Below are positions 13,751 to 22,607 of a stretch of 64,000 nt of DNA, one piece after another. The stretch is from Nocardioides sp. (GTDB lineage Bacteria; Actinomycetota; Actinomycetes; Propionibacteriales; Nocardioidaceae): NCBI GenBank assembly GCA_035554955.1, contig DATMHR010000025.1:5663-69662 (forward strand), read 5' to 3'. The first letter of the stretch is position 1. Every line of letters begins with the position of its first letter. Made by a program: the position numbers and the translations under genes. The notes beneath the pieces were generated by a model. It made no database searches. It saw only the letters and a program-made list of their open reading frames with translations, and had not been told where the DNA came from.

Positions 13751-14477
13751 GTGTAGCTCCTCCGCTGGTCGGGCGGCGGGATGGTGCCGCCCTTGTACTC
13801 GACGGGGATGCCGCCGAGCGGGTAGTCCTTGCGCTGCGGGTGGCCCGGCCAGTCGTCGGGCATGAGGATCCGGGTGAGTGCGGGGTGGCCGTCGAAGACC
13901 AGGCCGAACATGTCGTAGGTCTCGCGCTCGTGCCAGTCGGCCGCCGGGTAGACCGGGACCAGCGACGGCAGGTGCGGGTCGGCGTCGGAGACGCTGACCT
14001 CGACCCGGATCCGGCGGTTGAAGGTCATCGAGCCGAAGTGGTAGACCGCGTGCAGCTCGCGCCCGGTGTCGCCCGGGTAGTGGACCCCGCTGACGCCGGC
14101 CAGGAACTCGAACCGGAGCGACGGGTCGTCGCGCAGCAGCCGGGCCACCTGGACCAGGTTGTCGCGGCTGACGTGGAACGTGATCTCCCCGCGGTGCACG
14201 ACGACCTGCTCGATCAACGGGTCGAGGGAGTCGGCGATCTCGTCGAACCAGCCGCCGAACGGGCGCTGCGCGGCGACGGGGAACACCACGGGCGACACGA
14301 GGCCGCCGTACCCGCTGGTGTCGCCGGTGCCCGTGACGCCGAACATGCCGTGCCGCTCGCCGACCTGGCGCACCTCGCCGAGCTCGGCCGGCGGGTGCGG
14401 GATGTTCTCGGGCGACTGGTCGACGGCCGGCTGCTGGACGGCCTCGGCGGGACCGGCGTCCTTCTTCTCGTCGTCGG

Positions 14478-14481
<4 letters not shown>
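13747..14481 (-). CDS. nuoC: NADH-quinone oxidoreductase subunit C
   Basis: [11 protein letters not shown]...[10 protein letters not shown]; GTG start overlapping the nuoB stop. Confidence 0.95.
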
Positions 14482-15032
<551 letters not shown>

Positions 15033-15042
15033 GCTTGACCTC

Positions 15043-15399
15043 TCAGTCCCAGTCCAGGCCGCCGCGGCGCCACACGTAGGCGTAGGCGACGAACACGGTG
15101 GCGATGAAGACGACCATCTCGACCAGCCCGAACGCGCCCATGACGTCGAAGTTCACGGCCCACGGGTAGAGGAAGATGATCTCGATGTCGAAGACGATGA
15201 AGAGCATCGCGGTGATGTAGTACTTCACCGGGAAGCGCCCGCCGATCGCCTGCGGGCTCGGCTCGATGCCGCACTCGTAGGAGTCGAGCTTCGCGCGGTT
15301 GTAGCGCTTCGGTCCCACCAGGGCGCTCATCGCCACCGAGCCGACCGCGAACAACGCAGCCAGCGCGGCGAGGACCAGTACCGGCGTGTACAGCTCCAT
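15043..15399 (-). CDS. nuoA: NADH-quinone oxidoreductase subunit A
   Basis: YECGIEP and LFIVFDIE motifs; GAGGA RBS upstream. Confidence 0.97.
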   Translation of the reverse strand: MELYTPVLVLAALAALFAVGSVAMSALVGPKRYNRAKLDSYECGIEPSPQAIGGRFPVKYYITAMLFIVFDIEIIFLYPWAVNFDVMGAFGLVEMVVFIATVFVAYAYVWRRGGLDWD

Positions 15400-15442
15400 C
15401 GCAGTCCTCCCTCAGGGGTCCCGGGACGTCCGGATCGTGATC

Positions 15443-15460
15443 TTGTGAACAGAATCACGA
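15443..15460. promoter_or_regulatory. Rex operator upstream of nuoA
   Basis: TTGTGAA-CAGA-ATCACGA versus consensus TTGTGAA-N4-TTCACAA (2 mismatches); rex is in this window. Confidence 0.75.
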
Positions 15461-15560
15461 GTGGCGCGGGACACATACTGCCACCGCCGAGGGTCCCGCG
15501 TGCAAGGGGGTGGCAGGTTCGTGCCGACGCCACATCGACGACCTTCCGGACATGCCGGTG

Positions 15561-15580
15561 ACCCCGCCGGTGGGCGGGGT
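15561..15580 (-). terminator. Hairpin downstream of the HNH gene, possible terminator
   Basis: ACCCCGCC-GGTG-GGCGGGGT inverted repeat about 15 bp after the stop. Confidence 0.4.
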
Positions 15581-15594
15581 GTGGGGCGTGGGCC

Positions 15595-17076
15595 TCAGAG
15601 GTCGGGTGGGTTGGTCGGGAAGAGCTTCTGGTCCCCAGCCGGTTGGTCGGCGGGGCAGGGGTCGGGCTCGTAGGTGTCGAGCTCGCCTGTTTCCCAGGGG
15701 TGTTCGACGTCCATGGTCTCGGGGTCGAGGCGGCGGGGTGGGTCGAGCGCGCGGGTGCCTCGGTGGTCGACGAGGAAGTGCCGGTGGGTGGGGGCGAGCC
15801 AGAGGTAGCGGCCGGGTTCGACGATGACGTAGCGCCAGCCTTCGTCATGGGTCTTGGCCCGGTGGTGCCGCCGACAAAGCGGGACCAAGTTGCAGGGGCA
15901 GGTCACGCCGTTCTTGCCGTGCGGGGTCGTGTGGTCGAGGTCGCACGTTTCGGCGCGGCGGCTGCAGTTGGGGAAGGCGCAGTGGTGGTCGCGGAGCTGG
16001 ACCTGGGCCTTGAGGCGGTCGGGGATCTCGTAGGAGTCGACCGGGACGTGGTCGGCCAGGTCGATGACCGGCCGGATCGTGACGCTGGTGCCGCAGGTCT
16101 GCAGCCACTCCTTCACCTGGAACGGCGAGACCGGGGTCCGGGTGTTGCCCAACCGGCCGACGGCCGCATCGGCAGGGATGGCGTCGATGCCGGTGGACAT
16201 CAGCGCGGCCAGTGCCGCGTCGGTGAGGTGGACGTACAGCTGGACCTTCCGGCCCGGGACGGTGCGGGTGGCCTGCCCGGTGTGGTTGGTGACCTGGAGG
16301 TCGAGGGTGAGGTCCTGGCGGGCGAGCTCCCCGGCGGCGACCGAGCGGCGGACGTCGAGGGAGTCCTCGGACCCGAGCTGACCGAGCAGCTTCGCGCGGC
16401 GGGCGACGGCTTCGTTGAGGTCGAGGGCGTCGGCGGCGTCCAGGACTCCGTGGACGTCGACCAGCCCATGGGCGTCGGCGTGGTGGACGTCGATGTCGAA
16501 GTGCCGCCGCTCGCCGGCTTCCCGGCGTTGCTGCTCGGCGGTGTCGGGGTCGAACCGGGTGATGGCCTCGGCGACGAGGCGTTCGATCTGCGCCCACGTG
16601 CAGGTCGAGACGACGGGGCCGCGCTGGCGGTCGATGAAGTCGGTCGCTTCCACCGGCAGGCCGAGGGTGAGGTCGGCGACCCGCAGCGCCCGCCAGACCT
16701 CGCAGCGTCCTTCGATGACCGCGGTGAAGACCTGCGGCAGTCGCCAGGCGACCTCCAGGATCCGGCCCACGTACAACCGGCCGGAGTCGTGACTGCGGCC
16801 GAGGACGGCGATGAGCTCCATCAGCTTGAACTCACTGACCAGCGGTGCGCCGGGTCCGGCGATCGGGACCGCGGTGTCCACGATCCCGTCCCAGATCGTC
16901 GCCGCCTCCTCGGGTGCGTCGACGACGCTGACGTCGGCCCACGCCACGATCGCGCACCACTCCCGGATCCGCTCGGCCCGCTGGTTCCGCAGAGACAGCT
17001 GGATCTCGTCGAGCAGCTCACTGGCCGAGCAGCCGTCGAACTGCTCCATCGGTGAGGGGGTGTTCCCGAGATCCAT
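15595..17076 (-). CDS. DUF222 / 13E12-repeat family HNH endonuclease
   Basis: C-terminal RDHHCAFPNC...CDLDH...NLVPLCRRHHRAKTH; DUF222-like helical N-terminus; likely start MDLGNTP. Confidence 0.88.
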   Translation of the reverse strand: MDLGNTPSPMEQFDGCSASELLDEIQLSLRNQRAERIREWCAIVAWADVSVVDAPEEAATIWDGIVDTAVPIAGPGAPLVSEFKLMELIAVLGRSHDSGRLYVGRILEVAWRLPQVFTAVIEGRCEVWRALRVADLTLGLPVEATDFIDRQRGPVVSTCTWAQIERLVAEAITRFDPDTAEQQRREAGERRHFDIDVHHADAHGLVDVHGVLDAADALDLNEAVARRAKLLGQLGSEDSLDVRRSVAAGELARQDLTLDLQVTNHTGQATRTVPGRKVQLYVHLTDAALAALMSTGIDAIPADAAVGRLGNTRTPVSPFQVKEWLQTCGTSVTIRPVIDLADHVPVDSYEIPDRLKAQVQLRDHHCAFPNCSRRAETCDLDHTTPHGKNGVTCPCNLVPLCRRHHRAKTHDEGWRYVIVEPGRYLWLAPTHRHFLVDHRGTRALDPPRRLDPETMDVEHPWETGELDTYEPDPCPADQPAGDQKLFPTNPPDL

Positions 17077-17082
17077 AGAGGA

Positions 17083-17104
17083 ATTCAACCACCGACCGCC
17101 GACA
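17083..17104 (-). promoter_or_regulatory. PafBC/RecA-NDp-like promoter of the HNH gene (leaderless)
   Basis: TGTCGG-N10-TTGAAT-N6-ATG; the -10 departs from TANNNT. Confidence 0.5.
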
Positions 17105-17179
17105 CAACGACGAGCCGGAAACCCGCCTGTGGACTAGCGATTCCCGCTCCACGGCTTATGGATCAGAAGCGGTTCGAGG

Positions 17180-17387
17180 GGTCTCGTGACTGTCGCTGCG
17201 CGACCTCCTCGACCACCGCGGACCTCCGTCTTGAAACCGCAACCACAGGCCGACGACCCCCAGCAACCTCGGACCTACGCAGCAAAGCAACCAAGCAGCT
17301 CGCACCCCGCGGCGAGCGCCCACGTCAATCTTCAAAGGGGTTGAACAGAGGTCTCGTGACGGTCGCTGCGCGACCTCCTCGACCACC
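17180..17387 (-). repeat. Two direct 38-bp REP-like elements, 170 bp period
   Basis: GGTCTCGTGAC(T/G)GTCGCTGCGCGACCTCCTCGACCACC at 17180-17217 and 17350-17387, 1 mismatch. Confidence 0.9.
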
Positions 17388-17397
17388 TGCTCCTGGG

Positions 17398-18087
17398 TCA
17401 GGCGGTGGCGCGGTGGAGCGCGACGATCCCGCCGGAGAGGTTGCGCCACTCGGGTGCGGTCCAGCCGGCGTCGGCGAGCATCGTGGCGAGGCCGGCCTGG
17501 TCGGGCCAGGCGCGGATCGACTCGGCGAGGTAGACGTAGGCGTCGGGTGCGGACGAGACGCCCCGGGCGATGGCCGGCAGCGCCTTCATCAGGTACTCGA
17601 GGTAGACCGTGCGCCACGGGGCCCACGTCGGGTGGCTGAACTCGCACACGACGATCCGGCCGCCGGGCCTGGTGACCCGGCGCAGCTCGCGGAGCCCGGC
17701 GAGCGGGTCGACGATGTTGCGCAGCCCGAAGGAGATGGTGACGGCGTCGAAGCTGGCGTCGCGGAACGGCAGCCGGGTGCCGTCGCCGGCCGTGAACGGC
17801 AGGTGCGGCAGGTGCTCCTTGCCGACCTGGAGCATGCCGAGCGAGAAGTCGCAGGGCACGACCGTGGCGCCGGCGTCCGCGAACGGCTGGCTGGACGTGC
17901 CCGTGCCCGCCGCGAGGTCGAGCACGGTGTCGCCGTACGACGGGTCGACCGCGTCCAGCACGACCTTGCGCCAGCGCCGGTCCTGACCGAAGGACAGGAC
18001 GTCGTTGGTGAGGTCGTAGCGCCGGGCGACGGTGTCGAACATGCGACGTACGTCGGCCGGCTTCTTGTCGAGCGCTGCGCGGGCCAC
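17398..18087 (-). CDS. menG: Demethylmenaquinone methyltransferase
   Basis: [41 protein letters not shown]; leaderless TAGGGT-N7-GTG. Confidence 0.93.
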   Translation of the reverse strand: MARAALDKKPADVRRMFDTVARRYDLTNDVLSFGQDRRWRKVVLDAVDPSYGDTVLDLAAGTGTSSQPFADAGATVVPCDFSLGMLQVGKEHLPHLPFTAGDGTRLPFRDASFDAVTISFGLRNIVDPLAGLRELRRVTRPGGRIVVCEFSHPTWAPWRTVYLEYLMKALPAIARGVSSAPDAYVYLAESIRAWPDQAGLATMLADAGWTAPEWRNLSGGIVALHRATA

Positions 18088-18135
18088 GTCCCGCACCCTA
18101 TGCCGCGACGCCACGGTGGCCCGACGTGCCCCGGC

Positions 18136-18162
18136 TGCAACCAAACCGGCCGACCGGGCGTC
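18136..18162 (+). promoter_or_regulatory. ECF sigma promoter (SigE-like) upstream of the L,D-transpeptidase
   Basis: TGCAAC-N17-CGTC. Confidence 0.5.
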
Positions 18163-18186
18163 AACCTGGTGAGCAAGGGAGACCCC

Positions 18187-19038
18187 ATGAACCTGTCGCG
18201 CATCACCGTCGCCGCGGCGACCGCAGCGCTCGGCCTCGCCGTCTGGCACGTCGGCCTGGCCGACGCGCGCCCGGTCGAGCCCGGGTCGACCCAGCCGCCG
18301 TCGAGCCAGCCCTCCAGCCGGCCGCCGAGCCCGAGCCGGGCAGCGAACGGCCACGACGACACGCACGACGACCACGGCACGCGGCACGCCCTGAAGCCCG
18401 GCCCCGCGCTGCTGTCCCCGGGCGACGAGGGCGACGACGTGCGCGAGCTCCAGGCACGGCTGGCGCAGATCGACTGGTTCGACGCCGGGGTCACCGGCTA
18501 CTACGGCGACATCACCGAGGCAGCCGTGCGGGGCTTCCAGGCCAAGCGGCAGATCCCGGTCACGGGCGAGGTCGACCAGCGCACCCTGGACCGCCTCGAC
18601 GCGATGACGACCGAGCCGACGGCGGCCGAGCTCGACGGCACCGCGTCGACCAACACCCCGGGCGCGCTCGACCCGCGCTGCACGACCGGCCGGGTGCTCT
18701 GCGTCGACAAGACCAGCAGCACCCTGCGCTGGGTCGTGGACGGGCAGGTCCTCAAGACGGTCGACGTGCGGTTCGGGGCGTCGTACTCACCGACCCGCGA
18801 GGGCGAGTTCCACGTCTACTACAAGGACATCGACCACGTCTCGCACCTCTACGGCAGCTCGATGCCGTTCGCGATGTTCTTCTCGGGCGGGCAGGCCGTG
18901 CACTACTCCTCCGACTTCGCGGCCGTGGGCTACAACGGCGCGTCGCACGGGTGCGTCAACGTCCGCGACTACGACGGGGTCGCGTGGCTCTACGACCACG
19001 TCCGCGTCGGGGACGCGGTCGTCGTCTACTGGTCCTGA
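18187..19038 (+). CDS. L,D-transpeptidase with peptidoglycan-binding domain
   Basis: Signal peptide, PG-binding domain (VRELQARL...AVRGFQ), YkuD motif AVH...SHGCVN. Confidence 0.9.
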   Translation: MNLSRITVAAATAALGLAVWHVGLADARPVEPGSTQPPSSQPSSRPPSPSRAANGHDDTHDDHGTRHALKPGPALLSPGDEGDDVRELQARLAQIDWFDAGVTGYYGDITEAAVRGFQAKRQIPVTGEVDQRTLDRLDAMTTEPTAAELDGTASTNTPGALDPRCTTGRVLCVDKTSSTLRWVVDGQVLKTVDVRFGASYSPTREGEFHVYYKDIDHVSHLYGSSMPFAMFFSGGQAVHYSSDFAAVGYNGASHGCVNVRDYDGVAWLYDHVRVGDAVVVYWS

Positions 19039-19664
19039 GCGCCGCCGCTGTCGGCCGTGATCGCCTCGTCGAGCGCCTGCACGGTCTGCTCGGCGGTGAG
19101 GCCCCCGACGACGTAGGCGTTGAACGCCCGGCCGTCGATCTCGGTCTGGCACTGCACCTGGACCGGGGCGCTCTTGGTCGGGTCGGGGGCGGGCTGGCCG
19201 TCGGTCCCCGGCTGCGCGGGGAACAGCTCCGCGCACGGTACGTCGTCCACCCGGCGGCTGCGCTGGACGAAGCCCTGCGCCTGGGTCATCTGGCGCGGGG
19301 TCGGCGGGCCGCTCTGGAGGAACAGGCCGCCGCCGGCGTCGGACACCGTGATGCTGAGCTCGACCCGTCCGTCGGAGCTGATGTAGCGACCCACGGCGGT
19401 GTCGGCCCCGAACACCTTGGTGAGCGTGTCGGAGCCGTACTTCTCGACCTGCTCACCCACCTCGGGGTTGAAGCTGGACACCCGCATCAGCTGACCGTCG
19501 AGCAGCGTCTGCGGCAGGTCCTCGGCCACCGCCGGGCGGTCGGTCGTGGCGGCGCCCGCCTCCTCGTCGGTGAGCTTCGGGAGGCCGACGGCGAAACCGA
19601 CGAAGCCGCCGAGGACGACCACGCCGGCGATGGCGCCGATGACGGTGGAGCGCGCGATGGGCAT
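19026..19664 (-). CDS. Hypothetical membrane-anchored or secreted protein
   Basis: MPIARSTVIGAIAGVVVLGG hydrophobic N-terminus; two Cys; codon usage typical of the window. Confidence 0.65.
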   Translation of the reverse strand: MPIARSTVIGAIAGVVVLGGFVGFAVGLPKLTDEEAGAATTDRPAVAEDLPQTLLDGQLMRVSSFNPEVGEQVEKYGSDTLTKVFGADTAVGRYISSDGRVELSITVSDAGGGLFLQSGPPTPRQMTQAQGFVQRSRRVDDVPCAELFPAQPGTDGQPAPDPTKSAPVQVQCQTEIDGRAFNAYVVGGLTAEQTVQALDEAITADSGGAQDQ

Positions 19665-19742
19665 TGCGCCATGATGCCGGGAGCTCGCGGGCGGGCGGAG
19701 GCCGGGTCCGGCTGTCAGACGCCGGTGAGTAGGCTCGGTGAC

Positions 19743-21020
19743 GTGACCACCGGTGCGCCCTCCAGCGATCGCGCTGGCGCCGCAGCACCCCTCGTGGCCC
19801 GGACCACCGAGGTCCCGGCGGCCGCGGTCGGAGCACTCGTCGACCTGCTGCCCGCGGCCGAGCCCGTGGCGTGGCTGCGCCGCGGCGACGGCGTCGTCGG
19901 CTGGGGCCGCGCGGCCGAGATCCGCACCAGCGGCCGTGACCGGTTCGCCGACGCGGACGCGTGGTGGAGCGAGACCGTCGCCCACGCCGTGGTGCGCGAC
20001 AAGGTGAGCCTGCCGGGCACCGGCCTGGTCTGCTTCGGCAGCTTCGCCTTCGCCGACGACCCGGGCGACTCCGTGCTCGTCGTGCCGGAGGTCGTGGTCG
20101 GCCGCCGCGACGGGACGGCGTGGGTCACCACGATCACCGCGGGCGGGCTCGACCACACCGAGCACCCGCTGGAGCCCGCCGAGGCGCCGCCGGCGCCCGT
20201 CGACCTGGCGGTCGGAGAGGGCGCGCTCAGCGCCGACGACTGGGCGTCCGTGGTCGCCGACGCCGTCTCCCGGATCGCGGCGGGCGACCTCGAGAAGGTC
20301 GTGCTCGCGCGCGACCTGGTCGCGCGGGCCGCCGAGCCGCTGGACGTGCGCTGGCCGCTGCGCCGGCTCGCGGCGTCGTACCCCACCTGCTGGACCTTCC
20401 ACGTCGACGGGTTGTTCGGCGCGACGCCCGAGATGCTGGTGCGCCGCGAGCGCGGCCTGGTCACCTCGCGCGTGCTCGCGGGGACCATCCGCCGCACCGG
20501 CGACGACCAGCACGACCTGACCCTCGCCGCGACGCTCGCCCGGTCGTCGAAGGACCTCGAGGAGCACGAGTACGCCGTGCGCTCGGTCGCCGACGCGCTG
20601 GCGCCCCACTGCTCGTCGATGAACGTCCCCGAGGCGCCGTTCGTGCTGCACCTGCCCAACGTGATGCACCTGGCGACCGACGTCGCGGGCGTGGTCCACG
20701 ACGCGGCCGCGGTCTCGTCCCTCGAGCTCGCCGCGGCGCTGCACCCCTCCGCCGCCGTCGGGGGCACCCCGACCGCCGAGGCCGTCGCGCTGATCACCGA
20801 GATCGAGGGGATGGACCGCGGTCGCTACGCCGGCCCGGTCGGGTGGATGGACGCCACCGGCGACGGCGAGTGGGGCCTGGCCCTGCGGTCCGGGCTGGTC
20901 GACGGCACGACCGTCCGGCTGTTCGCCGGCTGCGGGATCGTGGCCGGCTCCGACCCGGCCGACGAGCTCGCCGAGGCCCGCGCCAAGCTGGTGCCGGTGC
21001 TCGAGGCGCTCGAGTCCTGA
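19743..21020 (+). CDS. menF: Isochorismate synthase
   Basis: EKVVLARD, GATPEML, KDLEEH, LHPSAAVGGTP, FAGCGIVAGS. Confidence 0.92.
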   Translation: MTTGAPSSDRAGAAAPLVARTTEVPAAAVGALVDLLPAAEPVAWLRRGDGVVGWGRAAEIRTSGRDRFADADAWWSETVAHAVVRDKVSLPGTGLVCFGSFAFADDPGDSVLVVPEVVVGRRDGTAWVTTITAGGLDHTEHPLEPAEAPPAPVDLAVGEGALSADDWASVVADAVSRIAAGDLEKVVLARDLVARAAEPLDVRWPLRRLAASYPTCWTFHVDGLFGATPEMLVRRERGLVTSRVLAGTIRRTGDDQHDLTLAATLARSSKDLEEHEYAVRSVADALAPHCSSMNVPEAPFVLHLPNVMHLATDVAGVVHDAAAVSSLELAAALHPSAAVGGTPTAEAVALITEIEGMDRGRYAGPVGWMDATGDGEWGLALRSGLVDGTTVRLFAGCGIVAGSDPADELAEARAKLVPVLEALES

Positions 21021-21039
21021 CCGGCGCCGGCCGGCACGG

Positions 21040-21690
21040 CTACAGGTCGGTGCCCTCGGCCAGGCGGCGGTAGTCGAGGCCGGCCGCACCCAGGAACCGC
21101 CCGAAGTGGCCGTCGGCGATGCCGAGGCCCGCCTCGCTGTAGATCCGGTCGTGGATCGCGACGTTGCGCGCCGCCCCGACCGAGCGGGCGAAGTCGATGC
21201 CCTCGGAGACCTTCATCCACGGCGCGCTCACCGGCGCGAGGAGCACGTCGACGGGGACGCCGGGGCCGGTCAGCGCGTCGCCGGGGTGGAACACCCGCGT
21301 CGCGCCGTCGCCGCTGCCCAGCGTGAGCAGGTAGCCGCTGTTGTCGACCCGCGGCAGCTCGGGGTGGATCACGGCGTGCAGCTCGCCGACCGCGCGCACC
21401 GCGACCGGGCCGATGCTCCACTCCTCGTCGGGTCGCACCACCGTCACCCGCTCGGCGACGTCGGGCGCCTCCTCGCGGACCTGCGCCGCGACGGCGCCGA
21501 TCGTGAAGACCGGGGCGTCGGAGCGCCGCAGCCGGTCGGCGAGGTAGTGGTCGGGGTGCTCGTGGGTGATGAGCACGGCGTCCGCACCGTCGACGGCGTC
21601 CGGGTCGGTGAAGACGCCGGGGTCGAGGACGAGGGTGGTGCCGTCGTGCTCGATGCGGACGCAGGCGTGGGCGAGCTTCGTCAGGCGCAT
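21040..21690 (-). CDS. MBL-fold metallo-hydrolase
   Basis: ITHEHPDH and FHPGD motifs. Confidence 0.88.
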   Translation of the reverse strand: MRLTKLAHACVRIEHDGTTLVLDPGVFTDPDAVDGADAVLITHEHPDHYLADRLRRSDAPVFTIGAVAAQVREEAPDVAERVTVVRPDEEWSIGPVAVRAVGELHAVIHPELPRVDNSGYLLTLGSGDGATRVFHPGDALTGPGVPVDVLLAPVSAPWMKVSEGIDFARSVGAARNVAIHDRIYSEAGLGIADGHFGRFLGAAGLDYRRLAEGTDL

Positions 21691-21754
21691 GTCCCCCACC
21701 GTAGCCACGCGGGTGGCGCCGGAATCAGCGCGCCGGCGCCGGGGTTGGGGCGTC

Positions 21755-22591
21755 ATGCTCGCCATCACCGGCTCGACCGGCGCCGTCGGCGGCCGGGTCG
21801 CCCGCCTGCTCGCGCACCTGCGGCCCGTCCTCGTCGTCCGGGACCCCTCGCGGGCGCCCGACCTCGGCTGCGAGGTCCGGGTGGCGTCGTACGGCGACCG
21901 CGCGGCAGCCGGTGCGGCGCTGGCCGGCGTCGACACGCTGCTGCTCGTCTCGGCGGCCGAGTCGCCGGTCCGGCGGCAGGAGCACCGCACGATGATCGAC
22001 GCGGCCGCCGACGCCGGGGTGCGGCACCTCGTGTACACGTCGTTCGCCGGCGCGGCGCCCGACGCGACGTTCACGCTGGGGCGCGACCACTGGGACGCCG
22101 AGCAGGGGATCCGCCGCGCAGCCGAGCGCACCGGCATGGGTTTCACGCTGCTGCGCGACGACTTCTACCTCGACGTGCTGCCGCTGTTCGCCGACGCGGA
22201 GGGCGTCATCCGGGGCCCGGCCGGGCAGGGGCGCGTCGCCGCGGTGGCCCGTGCCGACGTGGCGGACGCCGCGGTCGCCGTACTCCTGGCGCCGGAGGCG
22301 CACGACGGCAACGCCTACCTGCTGACCGGCCCCGAGGCGCTCTCCCTCGAGGACGTCGCCGCGCGTGCCGGGGCGGTCCTCGGCCGGAGCCTGCGCTACG
22401 AGGAGGAGTCGGTCGAGGAGGCGTACGCCTCGCGGCGCGAGGCCTACCCCGACGCGGCCGACTGGCAGCTCGACGCGTGGGTCAGCACCTACACCGCGAT
22501 CGCCGACGGCTCGGTCGCCGCGGTCAGCGACGACGTCGAACGGCTCACCGGCCACCCCGCCCGCACCCTCGAGCAGGCCCTCGCCTCCTGA
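21755..22591 (+). CDS. NmrA/SDR family NAD(P)H-binding oxidoreductase
   Basis: Rossmann motif AITGSTGAVG; resembles Qor2/TMR proteins. Confidence 0.85.
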   Translation: MLAITGSTGAVGGRVARLLAHLRPVLVVRDPSRAPDLGCEVRVASYGDRAAAGAALAGVDTLLLVSAAESPVRRQEHRTMIDAAADAGVRHLVYTSFAGAAPDATFTLGRDHWDAEQGIRRAAERTGMGFTLLRDDFYLDVLPLFADAEGVIRGPAGQGRVAAVARADVADAAVAVLLAPEAHDGNAYLLTGPEALSLEDVAARAGAVLGRSLRYEEESVEEAYASRREAYPDAADWQLDAWVSTYTAIADGSVAAVSDDVERLTGHPARTLEQALAS

Positions 22592-22607
22592 CGCCGCCCG
22601 GTGCGGT

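Noticed and set aside
15595-17076. Classical IS element
   Set aside because: No DDE or HUH transposase motifs, terminal inverted repeats or target duplication seen
17180-17387. CRISPR array
   Set aside because: Only two repeats, a 132-bp spacer and no cas genes; the repeats match a dispersed REP-like family
17158-21020. Apparent large fusion ORFs of 626 and 964 aa
   Set aside because: Upstream extensions through stop-poor sequence; real starts have an RBS or -10 at 18187 and 19743
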